From Camelus ferus (lineage: Eukaryota), in NCBI RefSeq assembly GCF_009834535.1, contig NC_045707.1, positions 54,996,001-55,060,000 on the forward strand: 64,000 nt of DNA. Direction: 5' to 3'. Both the position numbers and the translations under genes were made by a program. This document shows, in pieces, positions 56,651-64,000 of this stretch. Below the pieces are notes generated by a model. It was not told where the DNA came from. It worked only from the letters and a program-made list of their open reading frames with translations, and did not search any database. How positions within the stretch are numbered: the first letter of the stretch is position 1; each line of letters opens with the position of its first letter.

Positions 56651-57399
56651 TAATAGATTTAAATTTTTATATGTTGTTGCTTTTTGAGGTTGGTTGTTTT
56701 ATTCTTTTTTTTTTTTTTTTTTTTAGCTTTATGTCAGAAGTTTCACTATAAAGAGAATAGAATGGGTGATAGATAAGCAAACCAATCTCCAGATCACACC
56801 TCCTTCAAATGGTAGCATTGGATTTGTGCATTGCAGCACCTCTGTTCCATTAAAAAATAAAGATTTCTGCAATCAAAAAATGTATCTCTATACAAGGAGT
56901 AGACCTTTAGGTTTCTCCATATTTAAAAATAATAACAGAATTAAAAATATTCAAGATTCATATTTTCTTTGAACATCATATTTTAATGTGATTTAAATAT
57001 TTTAATTAAATGAATCAAACATTTAAATTACATTATTTTATTATGACTACATATAGAATATAAGGATATTTACAAGATACAATGCTGATCTTGTTAGACG
57101 TAACTTCTTTGTCTAAAACATTGATTTGAGTTTCCAAACTTTTTAGCTTCTAAGAGTGATACAAAAACTAAGATTAATTAATTGTATTTCAGTATTTTAT
57201 ATATTATACATTATGTATTATATGTTTAATATTATGTATAATTATATGTATTATATGCTGACTATAAATACAAAGTATTTGAGGCTACTTCAAAAAACTC
57301 CTCAGAGAAATTTGTACACTAGGTATTGCTGTACCAGCCAGTCAGTAACAGAAATGATAAAATCAAATTATATAATTTTAGTGCTTACTCTAAGAGAAA

Positions 57400-57860
57400 A
57401 AAAAAGCACTTTGAAAAATTGTGACAATGCTAGAGAAATAAATAACCCTCCCAGGCTTCAGACAATACTACAGAGCTACAGTAATCAAAACAGTGTGATA
57501 CTGGTACAAAGCAGACACATGGATCAATGGAACAGAATAGACAGCCCAGAAATAAACCTACAGACTTATGGCCAATTAATCTTTGACAAAGGAGGCAAAA
57601 ATATACAATGGCGAAAAACCAATCACTTCAGCAAATGGTGTTGGGAAAACTGGGCAGCCACATGTAAATCATTGGGGTTAGAACACTCCCTCACAATATA
57701 CACAAAAATAAACTCAAGATGGCTTAAAGATGAAGTACAGGACAAGGCACTATAAACCTCCTAGAAGAAAACATAGGCAAAACATTTTCTGACATAAATC
57801 TTAGTAATGTTCTCCTAGGGCAGTCTGCCCAGGTGATAGGAATAAAAGTTAAATATTAAA
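57400..57860 (+). mobile_element. Internal L1 ORF2 fragment (lineage-specific L1)
   Basis: The C-terminal half of ORF 57156-57755 '[33 protein letters not shown]...[14 protein letters not shown]...[14 protein letters not shown]' is L1 ORF2. Confidence 0.95.
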
Positions 57861-58325
57861 AACAATAATGACAAAAATTATGAATAATATTCTAGCCAAT
57901 GTCCAAAAATTTCAACTATATGGATTTTGATACTTTGGTCTATAATAGCTCTTGGGGTTCTCTGGACAGCAAGATTGAAACATCTACTTAGGGAGTATTA
58001 ACTTTACATTCTGTTTTGAATTTGAAAATAGCCAGAGACAGATTTTCACAGCATGCTAAATTATCATTATATAAATCAAGTTAGGCAATTGCTGAATTGC
58101 CTGAGCAAAGTGAGATTTTTAAAAAAAAAAAAAAAGTCTGTATTTTCTGTTAGCATTGAAAACTACTCAGTTACTTGGGTTAATGCTCCATCTGTCTGCA
58201 CAAACAAGACTTTCTCATCAGGAGGAAGATTCTGTTTGTTTTTAAAAAGTATATAGGAAGGATGTTCTCATAAGTTGGTAGAGTTCTTTTCTGAGTGTGA
58301 ATAAGTTATGCAAAAAAGTTTCTGT

Positions 58326-58378
58326 AAGTATGCTTAGGAATTATCAGAAGGTACAAGTATGCTTAGGAATTATCAGAA
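58326..58378. repeat. Tandem duplication, 29-bp period
   Basis: aagtatgcttaggaattatcagaa at 58326-58349 and 58355-58378. Confidence 0.9.
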
Positions 58379-58725
58379 AGTATATTATGCTATTGTTAAT
58401 CACCATAGATATAATTATTGGATAACAGTAACCCCTTAGACTTATTGGCTGCAAATAGATACTGGCAAGACCTCTTTAATTTTCAAAAGCAAACTGGTTT
58501 ATGATATGCACGCTTATCTGCAATGAGTAGCAAATCTTTAAGGCTCAGTAAGGAATTGCTCAACTATTCCAAACCTGTATATATTTATTCACCTATTTGT
58601 CATTCAGTTTAGGGGTTGTAACATCAAAGTGTTTAATAAATATGTATCATAAAACTCAGCAGGAGATATTTATACAAATGCATCAACAAAAGCTTAGTTA
58701 TTTGCAAAAACTGTGTCAAAAAAGT

Positions 58726-58757
58726 TTGTGTGTGTGTGTGTGTGTGCCTGTGTGTGT
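58726..58757. repeat. (TG)n microsatellite, interrupted
   Basis: Direct TG run. Confidence 0.85.
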
Positions 58758-58855
58758 ATATGTAGGTGGGAACTGAAAATGCCAGTGGATGTTTCTAAAG
58801 ATGATAAGGTCCTTACCTCAAGAGATACATTGCTTATTGGGAAAGTGAAAAAATA

Positions 58856-59457
58856 TCACAATTCCTCAATTCTAAGGTATATATTTTTCACATTGTAAGA
58901 TCTCTAAAATTAGACTGAGTCTTATAGTTTAGTAGTGTATTACACTTTTTGTCAAGTTGTTATTGTCATATAGTTGTCATTGTTTTTACATGTATGGAAC
59001 ACTGTTGTATGATCAAAAAAAAACCAACCAACATCAAAAATTATAGAATGGGACCGTGTGACTTAAAGGGAAATCCCAGAGGCAGTATTGAGGCCCTCTT
59101 GTAAGAAATAAATTATGAGTGGTCTTGATGGTAAAGAATGGTAGTATATAACAAATATTTACAATCCTAAATTGAAGAGTAACTTAGCAGAAGTTGAAGT
59201 CAGAATTTGGAATAGTTCAAGAAATACTTTACCCTCTTTATTTCACTTATATTTTCCCTCTTACATCTGCACAAAAGTATCATGTAGTAAATTATTTTTA
59301 AATAAATCTAAAAGACTTATTTCTACTAGTATAATATAATTTTATCTAGAATGATATATCAATATTAATTATATTAACAGTGCGTTTTGGTTTCCTAGAG
59401 GATTAAAATTTTGGTACATCGTACACCCGTTGATGCCTTAGATTCGATGAAATATGG
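58856..59457. mobile_element. MER104/Kanga-type Tc2 DNA transposon relic
   Basis: Right TIR 'ccttagattcgatgaaatatgg'; decayed left end 'attcctcaattctaaggtatatatttttcacatt'. Confidence 0.65.
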
Positions 59458-61331
59458 CAATGGTGATAGTATATGAAAACTATCAAAATAGAGGGGAAAA
59501 AAAGCTATGGAATATGGAGTGAGATAATGAATTAACATGGTCTGTAGAAGTCAGGGGAATATTTGACAAAGAATTGAAAACGAAACTGAACCTTGAAGGA
59601 TACACAAAGTTTTACCAGGGGTAGAAATGTAAAAAAAGTTTTCCACACAACAGGTAGAGAGGCATGATAGCGTGTGGTATTAAAAAAAAAAAAAAGCCAT
59701 AAATGCAGCTGAAGCATTTTGCAGAGTATATCCCCTTTAAGTATTATTCCAGAGGAATGATCAACAATGAGAGTCATCTGTGGTCAAATAATCTTAAGAA
59801 AAACCTGTATATTGTATCTTCTCCTCCTTAGAAATTTCACAAACATGCACTGAGTAATAGGGATTTGGCTTAACTTTTTTTTTTTAACTAAATATATTTT
59901 AATCCAGAAAATACTCTTGGGAAATGCCAGGGTAGAGAATGAATTAAAAGGCAAGGAATACACAGAGATGGGGATGGTTATATAAAATAGACCCTTAGGC
60001 CTTCTGCATATTGAGCAAGAATCTTCATAGTGTTTTGAGCTTTATTTTTGGAGGCATTAATAATCACTAGGAAATGGACAAAGAGTCCTTATTTGACAAA
60101 AATTTTTTGGAAAAAAAACAAAAACTTTAATTAGTAAATAAATAAATGCATTGATAGATAAAATTAATTTTATTTAATAAAGTTAGATGTTAGTTTCCCA
60201 AGAAGAAAGCATAAGTATTGTGCTCTTTTTTGCCCCTACCTGATAGGCTTTCACTGTGAAAGGTAATAACATAGACTTGCCAAATGTAGTTCTCAAATAA
60301 CTTAAAGAAGTGTCTGTATTGGATATCTCATTGATTTTCTATGAGGTATTTTTTAGCTAACTTTAAAAAATATTTATAAAACTACTGAAATATAGATAGA
60401 CTGATGAAGATTTAAATTATTGAAGAATAATTCTCATGATAAAACCACACGTTTCAAGGAATATTAAAATGAAATTTGTTTATGTAAGGTAACACGGTTG
60501 GTAGGATTGCGTGGTAAATTTCATTTGACTATAAATATATACTTACACATAAAATTTTAAAGTTATTTTAGCTTGCAGCCTATTTCTCCAAAAAGAGGAT
60601 AATCATCCTTACTAAAACATACGGTAATATTGTTCATATCTTATTTTCCTGAATGTGATTTAGCAATATAGTAGTATAAAATAGATCTCCAGGTAAGGTT
60701 CAATGTATGTTTAGTATTAATCATTAATCATTTGAAAGCTTTTCATCGAAGTTTGTTAACTAGCTCAAAATAGGAAGAACACATTCTACCACACTCTTAT
60801 AATAAATCACTTTCTTCAGTCTTACTGATGAGGACTGAACCTTGAATGTGTTAACATCATGTTCAGCAAGATTATTTATTGTTTTGATGTGGCCAGACGT
60901 ATTAGGCATGTCTTTGCATATCATTAACTAGGAAATTATGTGGGATAGTGCTATTAAGGCCACAGAAGAAGAAAAATGCCCTCCACAATGGAAAAAAGTG
61001 TCATGAACACTGTCAGATACACTGAACACTAGCAAGTGCTCAACATACTGCTTTAAGCTAAGAAATATAATTGGTAGTTAATGCACTTTTGAATTCCCAG
61101 TGCTTTTCCACATCATGTGTACCTCCTTGAACTTTTTTTATTCTAATTTTTTCCGTAGAAATAAAATGAAAGTACAGTAGATGTAGAAGGAATAGTACAT
61201 CTGCATGTCCTGGTTACCTGGTTGACACACTTTTTTTTTTTTTAAAGTAACAGTAAGAAGAGCAGCAGCGACATCTGGGTCCTTGGCTGGCTGCACTATG
61301 AGAATTGACTGGCCAGATAGGGCTTACTTAC

Positions 61332-61456
61332 ATTGGCATCCCTGACTTGCCCAAAGATCAGACAGTTGGGGGGCTATCCGGGAGAACTTGCCCAGATGGA
61401 TTCCATACTCCTTTGATAGCCCTGTCATTGTCAAGAATTTGTTCAAGTTTATGTGT
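61332..61456 (-). other. Candidate 125-nt exon of an unidentified transcript
   Basis: Minus strand: acceptor 'ttttactcttag' and donor 'AAT|gtaagt'; one open frame through the exon; locally GC-elevated sequence with no repeat match that I recognise. Confidence 0.35.
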
Positions 61457-61959
61457 CTAAGAGTAAAATCTTGTTCAAGTTTCTGATGATTTCTTCCACA
61501 TGTTAAGATCCTTTTTATGATATAGAACAAAGGCCAAAAGCATTCAAGTGGAGGCAAAAGGGAGGTTTCAAAAGATCCGTTGGCTGGCTCACATTTGATG
61601 AATTATTAAACTACAGATTTCACCATGTGATAGAGAATTCAGTTTTCAATGTGCTAGATGAAATTCAAATTCTACCAAAATGAAAGAACCCTTCTGAGAT
61701 GACAGATTTACAGCAAAGCTGAAAAGATTAACAACTTTAACCTAAAGAAATTTTTATATGCAATAATGCAAAGAAGGAAACAAGCTGATTTTGTAATTTG
61801 ACACCAGTGAATGAGCAGAACATTTATATAGTAAGAATATAACTTTTTCCTAGATGTCTAGACCTAATTTGCAGAGGTTAACCACAAATTAAGTTTGATA
61901 GTATATCAGGGTTAGATGAGATTCTTAAAAAAATGTTAACTTTCTGATGTTTAATTCCT

Positions 61960-62380
61960 CTGCAGATGCCTGTTTTTGTCAGGCTATGCTTTGATACTAA
62001 CATTGACAGCGGTTCACTATTTTCTGAGGCAGACAGTTGGAAAGTGCATCCTTGTATTTCAGAGAAGTCATTAGCCCTCTACTTTATGAGATCTGATTAT
62101 ATCTCTGAGGACCATTGTATCTGATTCCACCCATGTTAGTCTGCTTTACAAATATCTGAAAGCAACCATTATATTCTACCACTCCTCCCATCTTGAGTCA
62201 CTTTATCTTCAGGCTAACAAACTCAGCTTCCAACTTTTTTTTTAATACATGTATTTCAGAATTATTTATTTTCCTTGTATACATTTTAATTTAAATAGGC
62301 CTCTCTTAAAGTGTGATTTTCATAACTAAATAAGATTAAATGTGATCTCATCATTGTGGAAAATAACTCATTCCATAAGG
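61960..62380 (-). mobile_element. CR1/L3 LINE relic
   Basis: 'caaatatctgaaagcaaccattat...atcttcaggctaacaaactcagcttcc' resembles the antisense CR1 3' region. Confidence 0.4.
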
Positions 62381-62685
62381 ACAAACTGAGATTTCATTAG
62401 ACAATGCAAATGTTGCACATTGTAGATTCAATGAGACAGAAACTCCACAGGACATCTCAGAGATGTTCGAATCCAGATGGTCACTATTTACACTTCCTGG
62501 CTAGGCAATACGGGTTCTCCTTTCTACCTTCCTGAGGAGTGATAGAATTCTTTAGACTAATCATTACCCGTTTTGGTTAAAATAGGAAACCCTGGTACCC
62601 ATTTTTTACCCTCATAAACCTCAAAAAAATAAAAATATCACCATTATTTTACTGCTTTTGATATTACGTGAGTGGTCCTAGGTAA

Positions 62686-62721
62686 AATAATAATAATAGT
62701 AATAGTAATAATAATAATAAT
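62686..62721. repeat. (TAA/TAG)n microsatellite
   Basis: Direct trinucleotide run. Confidence 0.85.
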
Positions 62722-62949
62722 TACACATATATTAGAAATGAGGATTATTTTTCTTCATTTGCAGATAATATTCTTATTTCCAATAGATAAACTAGCAAAA
62801 ATTTTGATTACTTATTAAATACTGCCTGAGCCCCCAGCCTCATGGATATACACTCATATAAAAAAAATAGTATTTTCAATTACCTAGGAATAAGCCAAAA
62901 AAGGCAAGATATTTATAGGTATAATTATAATTTTAATGACTATTTTAAA

Positions 62950-63800
62950 ATAAGACAATTACATGTGAAGATGTATTCATGAATAGGAATGCTCAATATT
63001 AAAAAGATGTCAATTCTCTATAAATTAATCTATAAATTCAAAACAATGAAACCAAAACCCTCAAAGTTTTTTTTATTAAAATTGAAAAACCCTTCATGAA
63101 ATTCTTATGGAATTTCAAAAGCCAAAAATAGGCCTTAGAATATAACATAAACCTAAGGGGAGAAAATAAGACATATAAAGGTTTAAGACACAAAATAAAT
63201 CTATAAAATTCAAGAATTTGGGTGTTGGACCAGGGACAGGCAAGTAGATTATTCAAAAACAGAATTTAAATACTTTGGGAAACATATATATATGACATAG
63301 GTATCATAATTAAATGAGGCAAGGAAAGTCATATATCCTAAGACCCGAAAAGCCCCTGGTACCAAAATATCTTGAGAAACTTTCCTATACTTATGTAATG
63401 AGATAAGTACAATGTTACTCATTTCAACATTATTTTCAATAGAAAATAAAACAAATGAAATAGATTTCAAGATTGTAAAGCATAAATAAATTATGAACTT
63501 TTGATACAGTGGATCATCAAACAGCAGCAAAGTGAATGCACTTGTACTTGAATTACATTTACCAAAATGGATAAATTGTAAAGACAAGTTTTGTATGAAA
63601 AAAAGTTGCAAACATATATTATGACAGCAAGTTTTATTGATTATATACACCAAACAGTGTTTTGTCACTGTACATGTATACATGTAATTGTGTCATATAT
63701 AGGCATGTATATAAGCACTAAATGATAAAAACATAGATGCCCTAGTCATTATCTTTGAAGAAAAATGTGTGGTTTTGTGGAGAAATTACAAACATAGCTT
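62950..63800 (+). mobile_element. Old L1ME ORF2 fragment
   Basis: 'ctcaatattaaaaagatgtcaattctctataaattaatctataaattcaa...aaattcttatggaa' ORF2 motif; right boundary uncertain. Confidence 0.7.
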
Positions 63801-64000
63801 AAACTATATCTATAAAGCTTTATTTAAAAGATCTCCAAATTTATTCTCTTTGGTATATTTTTCATTGGACTGGAATTGATGGAAATCACCCATGTGTTAC
63901 ATAATACACTAATAGCTCTTTTATGAAGAAAGACTCACTCTCTAGTCCCATCAAATGCTCAGTAAATTCTTTGTTTTTCTTATATTGCTTGGTGGAGGAT

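Noticed and set aside
57156..57755. Longest ORF (199 aa) as a gene
   Set aside because: It joins AT-rich low-complexity sequence to an L1 ORF2 remnant and has a non-ATG start
63249..63683. 144-aa minus-strand ORF
   Set aside because: Antisense to a decayed L1 region, with composition typical of a chance AT-rich ORF
1..64000. Inferring a host gene orientation from L1 strand bias
   Set aside because: L1 fragments occur on both strands, so intronic versus intergenic status cannot be decided from this window

Overview
AT-rich, CpG-poor mammalian non-coding DNA, not prokaryotic. A tRNA-derived SINE matching the camelid Vic-1 family (30241-30377) and artiodactyl-type L1 3' ends point to a camelid genome (alpaca/llama/camel). 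The window is mostly interspersed repeats of different ages: L1 fragments, L2/MIR/CR1 relics, MaLR/ERVL/ERV1 solo LTRs and hAT/Tc2 DNA transposon fossils (MER20, MER45, MER63, MER104/Kanga). I cannot support any protein-coding gene; every recognisable ORF is an L1 ORF2 remnant, and the rest look like chance ORFs. The best non-repeat signals are a 125-nt minus-strand candidate exon at 61332-61456, an NF-kB/STAT6 motif cluster near 32 kb, and an intact ERV1-class solo LTR. I found no convincing novel biological system, so the findings are modest. Repeat family names come from recalled consensus sequences rather than a search, and most boundaries are approximate.
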